From positions 160,514-224,513 of the forward strand of contig CAWKEI010000010.1 of assembly GCA_963848695.1 (NCBI GenBank): a DNA stretch of 64,000 bases, given 5' to 3'. This document shows, one piece after another, positions 27,561 to 39,540 of this stretch. This DNA is from an uncultured Acidobacteriota bacterium (GTDB lineage: Bacteria; Actinomycetota; Acidimicrobiia; Spongiisociales; ZC4RG35). The position numbers and the translations under genes were made by a program. Position 1 is the stretch's first letter. Every line of letters starts with the position of its first letter. The notes below the pieces were generated by a model that was not told the origin of the DNA, made no database searches, and saw only the letters and a list, made by a program, of their open reading frames with translations.

Positions 27561-28054
27561 CCAACGGCGGTCTTTTCCTCCAGTGTCTCCGGGGTGAGCA
27601 CGCCGTTGAAGATGTCCGTCACGTCACCGTTCTCGTCGAGGAAGTAGGTGACGGGCAGCCCGAAATTGGGATAGGCGTCGTCGAACTCGGTGTTTCCAAA
27701 GGCGAGTGCGTAGATCGGGTCGATCTCTGCACCGAAAGCACGAGCATCCTCCAAACGGTCCTCGACCGCGACCCCTACCACGGCGATTTCCGGGTTGTCC
27801 TCGGCGAAGGCCGAGAGGTCAGGCATCTCCTCCCGACAGGGGACACACCAAGATGCCCAGAGGTTGATCACGAGGGGCCGTCCGTCGTCGGCTAGGTGAC
27901 TGGAGAGTGAGAAGGTGCCGCCTTCGAGCAGATCGACGGTGAAGTCGGGGGCGGGCTCACCCACGGCAGCCGTGGGGCTGTCAGAAGTGCCGTCGATAGC
28001 CCAGGCGACAGCGAGACCGATCAGGAGGACACCTACGAACACGCCGGACAGCAA
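27557..28054 (-). CDS. TlpA/ResA-family thiol-disulfide oxidoreductase (membrane anchored)
   Basis: 'NLWASWCVPCREEMP' CxxC thioredoxin fold. TTG 28054 is the only in-frame start. Confidence 0.85.
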   Translation of the reverse strand: MLSGVFVGVLLIGLAVAWAIDGTSDSPTAAVGEPAPDFTVDLLEGGTFSLSSHLADDGRPLVINLWASWCVPCREEMPDLSAFAEDNPEIAVVGVAVEDRLEDARAFGAEIDPIYALAFGNTEFDDAYPNFGLPVTYFLDENGDVTDIFNGVLTPETLEEKTAVG

Positions 28055-28088
28055 GAAACCCCTTCTCGGCAGGGGACCCCCCGACTCG

Positions 28089-30821
<2,733 letters not shown>

Positions 30822-30880
30822 GTTCGAAGGTTACCGATAGGGCGCAGTGTGCAATCTCGAACTACGCCGAAAGGCGGAGA

Positions 30881-30915
30881 CGTATTTCGTAGAACGTAAA
30901 ACGTAGAACGCTTAA
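30881..30915. repeat. tandem heptanucleotide array CGTATTT CGTAGAA CGTAAAA CGTAGAA CGCTTAA
   Basis: Read directly with a strict 7-nt register. The last unit contains the TAA stop (30912-30914, minus strand) of the ArsR-like gene. The array ends ~60 nt upstream of the acnA start. Confidence 0.8.
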
Positions 30916-31622
30916 CCGATGGTCAAGGGGACCCGGGTCACGCAGTCCTCCTCGAGATCGGTGTGGGGGATGATGACCGGGTTGCAGTCATAAGACAGGG
31001 CGCCGAACATCCCGGCCACGATGCCGCGGTCCAGTGAGCAGATCACCTCGGGGTGGCTGGTGGCCGCTTCGCCGAATGGGCAGTGGCTGGTGAGCAGCCG
31101 CTGGCCCTCCACATCGGGGTCGACCGAAAAGCCCAGCCCGGTCATCGCCTTCGCCACGGCCTGGACGGCTCCGTCGTAGCCAGGCTCATCGGGGACACCG
31201 ATCTCGGCGGCCAACTCGGCTCCGTAGGCGCGGCCCACCGACTCGGCCACCTGCCCGACGTCCTGCGGGGCTACCTCGTCCAGCACCCGAATCAGCATCT
31301 CGACCAACATCTCGAACCGCCGTGGGGCGAAATGAACCGAGACTTCCTTGCTCGATGCTTCGTAGCACTTCGCCGGCCGTCCGGCGCCGGGACCGTCCTT
31401 GCCCGACGGTCTGCGATGACTGATCGCGAGATATCCGTCGTCGGCCAGTCGATCGAGATGATGACGCGCCACGTTTGGGTGGATCCCGAAGAGCTCGGCG
31501 ACGGTAGAGGTGGTGAGCGGCTCGGCGGATTCCCGCACTGCGATGTAGATCGCTCGGCGGGTGGGATCGCCCAAGGCAGCGGTGAGATCGGAGATCCTCG
31601 ACTCGAGGGTCTTGGTGTCCAT
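30912..31622 (-). CDS. ArsR-type winged-helix regulator with C-terminal four-Cys module (SufR-like)
   Basis: ATG 31622 'MDTKTLESRISDLTAALGDPTRRAIY..STVAELFGIHPNVARHHLDRLADDGYL'. C-terminus 'HCPFGEAATSHPEVIC..(17)..C..(13)..C'. The upstream part of ORF 30912..31931 is unlikely to be coding. Confidence 0.75.
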   Translation of the reverse strand: MDTKTLESRISDLTAALGDPTRRAIYIAVRESAEPLTTSTVAELFGIHPNVARHHLDRLADDGYLAISHRRPSGKDGPGAGRPAKCYEASSKEVSVHFAPRRFEMLVEMLIRVLDEVAPQDVGQVAESVGRAYGAELAAEIGVPDEPGYDGAVQAVAKAMTGLGFSVDPDVEGQRLLTSHCPFGEAATSHPEVICSLDRGIVAGMFGALSYDCNPVIIPHTDLEEDCVTRVPLTIG

Positions 31623-31691
31623 CAGGGGTACCAACCGACCAAAACTATAGTTGGCCGGGCCTTCTAACCACTGCCGGCGTAGGGGAAATCG

Positions 31692-32771
31692 ATGCCTTCC
31701 AACGACGAGATCTTCGAAGCCATCGCGTCCATCGAGTCTCCACTCCTGGTGGGGCGGACCTTGGGCGGCCTCGGTCTGGTGAAGTCGGCCGAGAAGAAAT
31801 TGGGCAAGGTCAAAGTGGACCTGCTCCTTCCCACGGCGAACCCGCCGGACGCCTTGAACGAGCGTCTTCAGATCGCGCTCGAGCCATATGGACGTGGAGC
31901 GGACGTGACGGTCGAGGTGATGACCGATCAAATGGCCGCCGAATGGATCGGCCGACTGCGTCAGGAGGCGGGCCCAGGGCTCGGAGAGCCTGGCTCTTCC
32001 ACCCGGGTGCTGGCCATCTCGTCGGGCAAGGGTGGCGTGGGCAAGTCCTCGGTCAGCGCCAACCTGGCGGTGTCTCTACGGCGGGCCGGGCAACGGGTCG
32101 GCATCGTCGACGGCGACATCTGGGGCTTCTCGATCCCGAGAATGCTCGGCGTCACCGAGCCTCCGGTCATGGTCGGAGAGGCGATCGTCCCACCCAGTGC
32201 TCACGGGGTGAAAGTCATGTCGATGGACTACTTCGTGGGCGACGACAAAGCCGTGATCTGGAGGGGCCCGATGCTGCACAAGGCCATCGAGCAATTCCTC
32301 AAGGACGTGTTCTGGGACGCGCTCGATTTCCTCATCGTCGACATGCCACCGGGCACGGGTGACATCGCCATCTCCATGTCCCAGTTCCTTCCCCGGGCAC
32401 AGGTCCTGCTGGTCACAACTCCTCAGCCAACCGCCCAGCGGGTGGCACGACGGGCCGCTCTCATGGCGGCCGAGGTGGACCAACAGGTGATCGGTGTGGT
32501 GGAGAACATGTCGTGGTTCACCGGGGACGACGGCAAGCGTTATGAGTTGTTCGGAAGCGGAGGCGGGAGCTCGTTGGCGTCCGAGTTGGGAGTGGATCTG
32601 ATGGCTCAGATCCCCCTGTTGCCCGCAATGGGGCGGGGCGCCGATGACGGGCACCCGGTCTCGATCGCCGCCCCGGGCTCGGAGGCAGCCCAAGCCTTCG
32701 AGACTCTCGTCACTGCGGTCGTCGAGAAGCGGCCCCGAATCCGAACCAACCCGGCCCTCGTGATCAATTGA
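31692..32771 (+). CDS. mrp: Mrp/NBP35/ApbC-family Fe-S cluster carrier ATPase
   Basis: N-terminal DUF59-like part, 'ISSGKGGVGKSSVSANLA', 'LIVDMPPGTGD'. Confidence 0.9.
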   Translation: MPSNDEIFEAIASIESPLLVGRTLGGLGLVKSAEKKLGKVKVDLLLPTANPPDALNERLQIALEPYGRGADVTVEVMTDQMAAEWIGRLRQEAGPGLGEPGSSTRVLAISSGKGGVGKSSVSANLAVSLRRAGQRVGIVDGDIWGFSIPRMLGVTEPPVMVGEAIVPPSAHGVKVMSMDYFVGDDKAVIWRGPMLHKAIEQFLKDVFWDALDFLIVDMPPGTGDIAISMSQFLPRAQVLLVTTPQPTAQRVARRAALMAAEVDQQVIGVVENMSWFTGDDGKRYELFGSGGGSSLASELGVDLMAQIPLLPAMGRGADDGHPVSIAAPGSEAAQAFETLVTAVVEKRPRIRTNPALVIN

Positions 32772-33646
32772 GCTCGGGCGATCGCAGTCGACGCTTCGCC
32801 ATCGGCGTGGCAGGGTGGGTGTTCGGGCTCGCTTCCACCGTCCTCCTCGTCGGGATCTGGGGTCGAGCCGTGGTCGTCGACACCAACGAGCTGGCCGACA
32901 CGCTCAGTCCGTTGACTGCGGGCGACATCGTCTCTGATCGCCTCGCCACCTGGATCGAGTCCGAGTTGGTCGACGCCGGGGTCGACGGGACCGGGGCCTC
33001 GGTTGTGGCCGACCAGGTCCTGGCCCATCCGTCGGTAGGCCCGGTCCTCGAGCAGCTCGTGGCCCAAGGCGTCGAGGCTGCCGCATCCGCGGACCCAACC
33101 GGGGGCTCGGTCGATGTGGCCGCCATCCTGGTCCCGGCCTCCGGTCAGATCACGACCGGGCTCAACGAGGCTGGAGTGCCGGTGACCACTGAACAGGTGG
33201 AAGCAGCTTTGTCCCAACTCGACCCGCTCGTGATCCGCGACCCGTCGGACCAGCCATTGATAGGAGCGTCCTCACCGCTGGCCGCCAACCTGGGCACGGC
33301 CGCGACGCTCGGCGGGCTGCTCATGGTGTTTGCGGGGACTGCCTATGTCGCCATGTCTCGGGATCGGGCGGGAGCGCTCAGGGCGCTGCTCACCCGCTTT
33401 GCCCTCGGTGCGCTTTCCTTTGCGGTGTTGCTGCGGATCGGCTCGTGGCTGGTCGATCCGGAGGGGGGAAGGGCGCCGTTCAGGGAGAGCTTTGCCCTCC
33501 TCGCCAACTCGAAGTGGATGGTGCCGCTGGCCATCGGCCTCGTCGCGATGGCCGCGGCGATCGTTGCTCGTGTCTTCCGCCGGCGGGTCAGACCGGCGGC
33601 AGTGTCCCGCTCAGAAGACGGGCGGCCCATACGCCAACGAGCATGA
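32768..33646 (+). CDS. hypothetical membrane protein
   Basis: N-terminal TM, acidic extracytoplasmic region, then 3 C-terminal TM segments. TTG overlaps the mrp stop. No named motif. Confidence 0.5.
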   Translation: MSSGDRSRRFAIGVAGWVFGLASTVLLVGIWGRAVVVDTNELADTLSPLTAGDIVSDRLATWIESELVDAGVDGTGASVVADQVLAHPSVGPVLEQLVAQGVEAAASADPTGGSVDVAAILVPASGQITTGLNEAGVPVTTEQVEAALSQLDPLVIRDPSDQPLIGASSPLAANLGTAATLGGLLMVFAGTAYVAMSRDRAGALRALLTRFALGALSFAVLLRIGSWLVDPEGGRAPFRESFALLANSKWMVPLAIGLVAMAAAIVARVFRRRVRPAAVSRSEDGRPIRQRA

Positions 33647-33974
33647 CCCCGGTGAGGATGAGGATGGTGTTCACCCATCTGGCCGGAAGGGGCTCTACCC
33701 GACCCGAACGTCGGAGCAGAAACCACGCCCAACCGCCGATCGACAAGACGGCGATCAATGGCACCAAAGGGTGATAGCCCAGAGCAGTGCTGAAGTCGCC
33801 CCGGATCAGGGACGAGGCGGCCCGGGTCATCCCACAACCAGGGCACGCCATTCCGGTGATGAGGGCAAAGGGGCAGACCGTGACACCGTCGTCTCCCGGC
33901 CTGAATGTGGCGAGGAGCCCGAGTACCGCCACCGGGGCGGCGAATACGAGCCGGTCTCTCCACACCCGGGTCAA
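33588..33974 (-). CDS. DUF2752 domain membrane protein
   Basis: 'CPFALITGMACPGCGMTRA' signature. Confidence 0.8.
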   Translation of the reverse strand: MTRVWRDRLVFAAPVAVLGLLATFRPGDDGVTVCPFALITGMACPGCGMTRAASSLIRGDFSTALGYHPLVPLIAVLSIGGWAWFLLRRSGRVEPLPARWVNTILILTGVMLVGVWAARLLSGTLPPV

Positions 33975-34291
33975 CGGAACATGTCCTCCCGCCAGAACTC
34001 TTCGGACCAGGGGACCATTGCCACTCCGACGATGGCCCCGATGATCAGCGCGATGATCCCGAGGCCCAGGAGCACCGTGGCGATGATCCCGATGATCCGG
34101 GCCGCGGTTGCCGTGCCCTCGTTCTGCGGGTTGCGGCGCCCTGCCTTGATCCCTTCCAGCTCGTTGTTGGCCATTATCCAGGCCACGATGCCGAGCACCT
34201 GGCAGCAGACCAGGCCGACGATGCCGAGGACGAGAGCGGTCGAGGCCTGACTGGCCTCCGGATATGCGGTCGACTCTTGTGGGAAGCTCAT
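33971..34291 (-). CDS. small DUF4190-like membrane protein
   Basis: 106 aa with two TM hairpins ('ALVLGIVGLVCC..LGIVAWIMA', 'ARIIGIIATVLL'). 4-nt overlap with the DUF2752 gene. Confidence 0.55.
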   Translation of the reverse strand: MSFPQESTAYPEASQASTALVLGIVGLVCCQVLGIVAWIMANNELEGIKAGRRNPQNEGTATAARIIGIIATVLLGLGIIALIIGAIVGVAMVPWSEEFWREDMFR

Positions 34292-34300
34292 GACCCGAGC

Positions 34301-35569
34301 CTATCGGTTGAGGCGATCGAGCGTGCGGTAGAGGATCGAGGCCGGAGTGAGGAACCAGGGATTCCCCCGGTAGTAGAAGCGGGTGGGGTGGGGCACCTTG
34401 GTGAAGACGCTGGGTGGATCTTCCCCTAGGAGCATCCCCCCGAGCTCATGACCCATCAGCGTGGACAGGCCAACCCCGTGACCGGCGTAACCGAGGGCAT
34501 ACCAGGCCCCATCGACCTGGCCCATGTGGGGGACGAGGTCGAAGGGGACGGCAAGCTTTCCACCCCAAACATGGGTCAGCGGCACGCCCTCGAGCTCGGG
34601 GAAATAACCGGTGAGCTGGCCCTTGAGCGCGGCGGCAGACTCGGCCAGATCCAGCCCGGCGTGAAGGTTTCGCCGGCCCCCGATCAAGACGCGTCCGTCC
34701 GGTGTGCGCCGCATGTAGTTGAGCAGCCGCTTCTTGGTGTAGGTCATCGCCCCTCCGGGGAAGAGCTCGGCGGCCTGCTCGGGGATCGGCTCGGTGACGA
34801 TGATGTAAGACCCCACCGGGACTATTCGTCGGGCCAATTCGGCCGACGGCCGAGCGGTGGTGTAGCCGTTGGTGGCCAGGACGATCTCCCCGGCGCGGAC
34901 CGTCCCTTTGGAGGTGCCGACCTGGAATCCGGTCTCGCCCCTCTCGAATGAGATGGCCTCGCAACCGCTGACCAGCCTGCCTCCAGCGGCGGCAACCCGG
35001 CGAGCCAATCCGAAAACGAACCGGGCCGGCTGGATGCCGAACCCCTCCGGTTCGAAGATGGCGGTGGTGAAGGGGCCGCCGCCGATCACCTCACCGATCC
35101 GGGCGGGGCCCAGCACCTCCCAATCGACTCCTACGTTTTGCCGATACCAGGCAACGCTCTGCTCGAATCTCGCCTGGGCGTCCGCCCCGATCCCCAGCGC
35201 CGCCATCCCTCCTCGCATGATGGAGGCATCGATCGATTCGGCCGCCGCCAGGTCTGACACGATGTCGACAGAGCGAACCGTCGCCTGCCACATCTCCCGG
35301 CCCAGCTCGGGGCCGTGTCGATCGAAGATGAGCTTGATCCCCGCTTTGATGTCGGGTGAGACCATCCCACCGTTGACACTGGACGCGCCCGACGCGATGT
35401 CGCCGGCATCGACGACGGCCACCGATTTCCCACCACGGGCGAGACGGAGGGCAGCGGTGAGCCCGGTGAGCCCCGATCCGACGATGAGCACGTCCGCCTC
35501 ATCGGGCAGATCAGATGTGATGTTCTCGGGTCTCGGATGCTCCTCGACCCAGAAGGCGGTCTTCTTCAC
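34301..35569 (-). CDS. FAD-dependent oxidoreductase (DAO family, gamma-glutamylputrescine oxidase PuuB-like)
   Basis: 'DVLIVGSGLTGLTAALRLA' Rossmann motif; DAO-type length and C-terminus. Confidence 0.8.
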   Translation of the reverse strand: MKKTAFWVEEHPRPENITSDLPDEADVLIVGSGLTGLTAALRLARGGKSVAVVDAGDIASGASSVNGGMVSPDIKAGIKLIFDRHGPELGREMWQATVRSVDIVSDLAAAESIDASIMRGGMAALGIGADAQARFEQSVAWYRQNVGVDWEVLGPARIGEVIGGGPFTTAIFEPEGFGIQPARFVFGLARRVAAAGGRLVSGCEAISFERGETGFQVGTSKGTVRAGEIVLATNGYTTARPSAELARRIVPVGSYIIVTEPIPEQAAELFPGGAMTYTKKRLLNYMRRTPDGRVLIGGRRNLHAGLDLAESAAALKGQLTGYFPELEGVPLTHVWGGKLAVPFDLVPHMGQVDGAWYALGYAGHGVGLSTLMGHELGGMLLGEDPPSVFTKVPHPTRFYYRGNPWFLTPASILYRTLDRLNR

Positions 35570-36804
35570 ATGACCTCTAGGCCGCGCTGGAACAGCGAGG
35601 CCATCTCGGACACCTGCTCCGGGGTCATGATGAGTGGCGGCGACACCTGGAGTCCGCCACCGCCGACGGCCCTGGTCAGGACTCCGGCCTCCCGGCAGGA
35701 AGCTGCCGCGCGATAGGGAAGGGTCTCGTCATCGCCTACTGCCAGCTGCACGGCCGCCAAAGCGCCGAGCCCGCGACGTATGTGATCGACCACCGGCAGC
35801 TCTTCCAGCGGGAGCAGCGCCTGGTACAGCTCGTCCTCGAGCTTGGATGCCCGCGTGAGCAACTGCTCACGCTCCAGGATGTCCATGACCACCAATCCGG
35901 CCACGCATGCGGTGGTGTGACCCGAGTACGTGTACCCGTGGCGGAACATCAGCCCTGGGGTGTCGAAGAACGGCGCGGCGACTTTCGGGGAAGCGATCAC
36001 ACCACCGAGCGGCGCGTAACCGCAGGTCACCCCCTTGGCGAAGGTGATCAGATCGGGCTCGAGGCCGAACTTGTTGGCGGCGAACCAATCGCCGACCCGT
36101 CCGAAGCCCGTTATCACTTCGTCCGATATGTAGAGGCCGCCCGCAGATCTGACCAGTTCCTGGACGGCGCCGAAGTAGCCCTCCTCCACCGGTCGGACCC
36201 CACCAGCCCCGATCACGGGCTCGACGAAGATGCCGGCGATCCGGTCAGCACCTGCGTGGTCGATCGCCTTCTCCACCGCCTCGGCGTCGTCGTGGGGGAC
36301 GATTACGACGTCCTGGACCAGGTCGCCGCTGTAACCGGCCCGATTTGGCTCCATGCCGCCCAGCGAGGTGCCGTAAGGGTGCATGCCGTGATAGGCCCAC
36401 TCCCTCGAGATGAAGACGGTGCGCTCGGGTTGGCCGATGGCGTTGAAGTAGCGCCGCGTCATCTTGGCCGCGGTGTCGACCGCATCGGATCCACCCGACC
36501 CGAAGAAGACCTTGGAATCCTTGTCGGGCGAGACAGAGGCGATCCGGTCCGCCAGATCGATCGGAGGCCGCGTCCCGTAGTCGATGAAGGCGTGGAAGGC
36601 GGGAAGTTTCCGCATCTGCTCCGACATCGCGTCGATGATCTCAGTGCGGCCGTAGCCGACATTCATGTACCAGAGGGAGGCGGCGGCATCGAGGTATTCC
36701 CGGCCCGACTCGTCGTATACATAGATGCCTTCGCCGCGGTCGATGACAAATGGGGCGTGCTGCACCTTGCTCATCTCCGCGAATGGGTGCCAGAAAGCAG
36801 ACAT
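35566..36804 (-). CDS. class III (omega) aminotransferase, SpuC/putrescine-pyruvate type
   Basis: 'FWHPFA.M', 'SGGSDAVDTA', 'ISDEVITGFGR', 'TFAKGVT' (PLP Lys). ATG 36804 avoids overlap with the divergent gene. Confidence 0.88.
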   Translation of the reverse strand: MSAFWHPFAEMSKVQHAPFVIDRGEGIYVYDESGREYLDAAASLWYMNVGYGRTEIIDAMSEQMRKLPAFHAFIDYGTRPPIDLADRIASVSPDKDSKVFFGSGGSDAVDTAAKMTRRYFNAIGQPERTVFISREWAYHGMHPYGTSLGGMEPNRAGYSGDLVQDVVIVPHDDAEAVEKAIDHAGADRIAGIFVEPVIGAGGVRPVEEGYFGAVQELVRSAGGLYISDEVITGFGRVGDWFAANKFGLEPDLITFAKGVTCGYAPLGGVIASPKVAAPFFDTPGLMFRHGYTYSGHTTACVAGLVVMDILEREQLLTRASKLEDELYQALLPLEELPVVDHIRRGLGALAAVQLAVGDDETLPYRAAASCREAGVLTRAVGGGGLQVSPPLIMTPEQVSEMASLFQRGLEVM

Positions 36805-36847
36805 GGCCGCGAGGCTAGCGGGGGGGCGAGTTGTACCCTCCCCCGCC

Positions 36848-38464
36848 ATGCCGGCCGACCTCGTCTTCGTCAACGGGCCTATCTATACCGCGGGCCCGGC
36901 CCGGTCCTTCGTCAGGGGGCTGGCAGTCACCGGTGACCGGATCACTGCCGTTGGAGACGAATCGGACATCGGCTCTTCAGTCGGACCGCAGACTCGCGTG
37001 GTCGACCTCGCCGGCCGCTTGCTCACGCCTGGGTTCCAGGATGCGCACTGCCACCCCGGCAGCAGCGGTCTCGATCTGCTCCGGTGCTCGTTCGAGGGGT
37101 GCCGGAACGCCGATGACGCCGTCGCCTTCGTGGCCCGCTATGCGGCCGACCACCCCGAAGCACCATGGATCCTCGGTGGTGGCTGGCATCAGACCTGGTT
37201 CTCACGCGGTTGCCCTCCCAAGGAGGCGCTGGACGCGGTCGTTTCCGATCGACCGGTCCTCGTCTACAACGCCGATGGTCATGGCGCCTGGGCCAACACC
37301 CTCGCGCTCTCGATGGCCGGGATCGACCGATCCACGCCGGATCCCCCGGACGGACGGATCGAGCGTGGCCGCGACGACGAGCCGCAGGGAACTCTGCATG
37401 AGGGCGCTGCCGCCCTCGTCGAGCAAATCGCGCCACCGGACACGGTCGATGATCTGCGCGCCGGTCTGCTCGCCGGTCAGGACTACTTGCTCTCTCTGGG
37501 AATCACGGCATGGCAGGACGCTCATGTCGACCCTGAGACACACGCCGCCTACCGAGCCATCGCCGAATCGGGCGAGCTGATCGGCACCGCGGTCGGGGCA
37601 TTGTGGTGGCGCCATGACATGGGGATGGATCAGATCGAGGACCTGGAACAGATGCGATCAGAGCCACTCGGTCGCTACCTCCCCAAGACGGTCAAGCTCA
37701 TGCTCGACGGCGTGGTGGAGAACTTCACCGCTGCAATGCTCGAGCCCTATCTCGACGAGGCGGGAAACCCGACCGAGAACACCGGCATCGACTTCATCGA
37801 GCCGGGCGTTCTTCGGGAGATCGTTACAGAGCTCGACCAAAAGGGCTTCTCCTGTCATTTTCACGCCATCGGCGATCGAGCGGTGCGAAGCGGGCTGGAC
37901 GCGGTGGAAGCGGCGCGGCTGGCCAATGGGTGGACCGGGACGAGGCACACCATCTGTCACATCCAGGTCGTCCACCCCGACGACCGTCCCCGATTCCGTC
38001 GGCTCGGCGTGGTCGCCAACGCCCAGGCTCTGTGGGCGCAGACCGGGGCGGACCAGCTGGTGCTTACCCAGCCCTTCCTCGGGGAAGAGCGGACCGGTTG
38101 GCAATACCCCTTCGGCAGCCTGCTCGCGGCGGGGGCCGCCCTGGCGATGGGATCGGACTGGGGGGTGTCGACGGCCGACGTAATGGATCAGATCGACGCT
38201 GCAGTCACCCGCTCCAACCACGACGAGCCCGATTCCGCTCCCCTCAACGCCGGAGAGGGGATCGACTTCCTCGACGCACTCTCCGGATTCACCGCTGGAT
38301 CGGCCTACGTGAACCACCTCGAGGACGTCAGCGGCACGCTGGCCACCGGTATGCTCGCCGACCTGGCGGTCCTTGACCGCGATCCAGTGGCGAGTGGGCA
38401 CATCCGTGATGCCGCCGTGGCGATGACCGTGGTCGGCGGAAGGGTGGTGTACGAGGAGGTCTGA
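36848..38464 (+). CDS. amidohydrolase family protein (YtcJ-like metal-dependent hydrolase)
   Basis: 'LTPGFQDAHCHP', 'HFHAIGDRAV', 'GSDWGVS'. ATG 36848 gives 'MPADLVFVNGPIYTA'. Confidence 0.85.
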   Translation: MPADLVFVNGPIYTAGPARSFVRGLAVTGDRITAVGDESDIGSSVGPQTRVVDLAGRLLTPGFQDAHCHPGSSGLDLLRCSFEGCRNADDAVAFVARYAADHPEAPWILGGGWHQTWFSRGCPPKEALDAVVSDRPVLVYNADGHGAWANTLALSMAGIDRSTPDPPDGRIERGRDDEPQGTLHEGAAALVEQIAPPDTVDDLRAGLLAGQDYLLSLGITAWQDAHVDPETHAAYRAIAESGELIGTAVGALWWRHDMGMDQIEDLEQMRSEPLGRYLPKTVKLMLDGVVENFTAAMLEPYLDEAGNPTENTGIDFIEPGVLREIVTELDQKGFSCHFHAIGDRAVRSGLDAVEAARLANGWTGTRHTICHIQVVHPDDRPRFRRLGVVANAQALWAQTGADQLVLTQPFLGEERTGWQYPFGSLLAAGAALAMGSDWGVSTADVMDQIDAAVTRSNHDEPDSAPLNAGEGIDFLDALSGFTAGSAYVNHLEDVSGTLATGMLADLAVLDRDPVASGHIRDAAVAMTVVGGRVVYEEV

Positions 38465-39540
38465 TGGCGAGTCCCGCGGTCGAATTGGCAGGCGTTACCA
38501 AGCGATTCGGGGATGATGTCGTGGCGGTCGATGGGATGGCCTTGACCATCGAGGATGGGGAGTTCTTCTCCCTGCTCGGGCCTTCCGGGTGCGGCAAGAC
38601 AACCACTCTCCGCATGATCGCCGGCTTCGAGTTCCCGACCGAGGGAAGCATCCGAATTCATGGATTGGAGATGGCGCTGAAGCCGCCTAATCAGCGGCCG
38701 GTGAACACGGTTTTCCAGTCCTATGCCTTGTTCCCTCACATGACGGTGGCCGAGAACGTCGCCTTCGGCCTCAACATGAAGAAGGTCGAGAAGTCCGAGA
38801 TCCAACGACGAGTCAGCCGCGTTCTCGACCAGGTCCAGTTGGCCAAGCGAGCCGACGCCAAGCCCAGCCAGCTCTCTGGGGGGATGCAACAGCGGGTCGC
38901 GCTGGCTCGGGCCCTGGTGAATGAGCCTGAGGTGCTCCTGCTCGACGAGCCGCTCGGCGCCCTCGACCTCAAGCTGAGACAGGCCATGCAGGTCGAGCTG
39001 AAGGACCTTCAGGGCAGGGTTGGGATCACGTTCATCTATGTCACTCACGACCAGGAGGAAGCCCTGACCATGTCGGATCGGATCGGGGTGATGAGCGACG
39101 GACATCTCCTGCAAGTGGGCAAGTCTGAGGAGATCTACGAGCACCCGACCTCGCGATTCGTGGCCGACTTCATCGGTGACATCAATCTCATCGATGTGAC
39201 GTTGAATGGGGCGGGCTCAGGCCGTCTCTCCAGTGGCGCCGAGATAGCCGTTCCGGCGGGCAGCGCCGGGGGGGCGGGCGAGATCACCCTTGCGCTGCGA
39301 CCGGAGCAGCTGGCTCTCTATGACCTCGACGAGGAGATCCCTGGCAATCACAACCGGGTCAGGGTCAAGGTCGTTCGCCGCCTCTACTTCGGAGACGTCC
39401 ATTTCTATGACGTCGACGCCGGGATCGGCACCGAGATCGAGGTGAAAGAGGAGAATCGACCCGGGGTTGAGCTCTACGAAGTGGGCGACGAGGCGTACCT
39501 CGTCTGGAGCCCGGAGGCCGCCAACCTGGTGACTTCCTGA
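38464..39540 (+). CDS. potA: spermidine/putrescine ABC transporter ATP-binding protein
   Basis: '[14 protein letters not shown]', '[15 protein letters not shown]', '[11 protein letters not shown]', TOBE-like C-terminus. Confidence 0.9.
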   Translation: MASPAVELAGVTKRFGDDVVAVDGMALTIEDGEFFSLLGPSGCGKTTTLRMIAGFEFPTEGSIRIHGLEMALKPPNQRPVNTVFQSYALFPHMTVAENVAFGLNMKKVEKSEIQRRVSRVLDQVQLAKRADAKPSQLSGGMQQRVALARALVNEPEVLLLDEPLGALDLKLRQAMQVELKDLQGRVGITFIYVTHDQEEALTMSDRIGVMSDGHLLQVGKSEEIYEHPTSRFVADFIGDINLIDVTLNGAGSGRLSSGAEIAVPAGSAGGAGEITLALRPEQLALYDLDEEIPGNHNRVRVKVVRRLYFGDVHFYDVDAGIGTEIEVKEENRPGVELYEVGDEAYLVWSPEAANLVTS

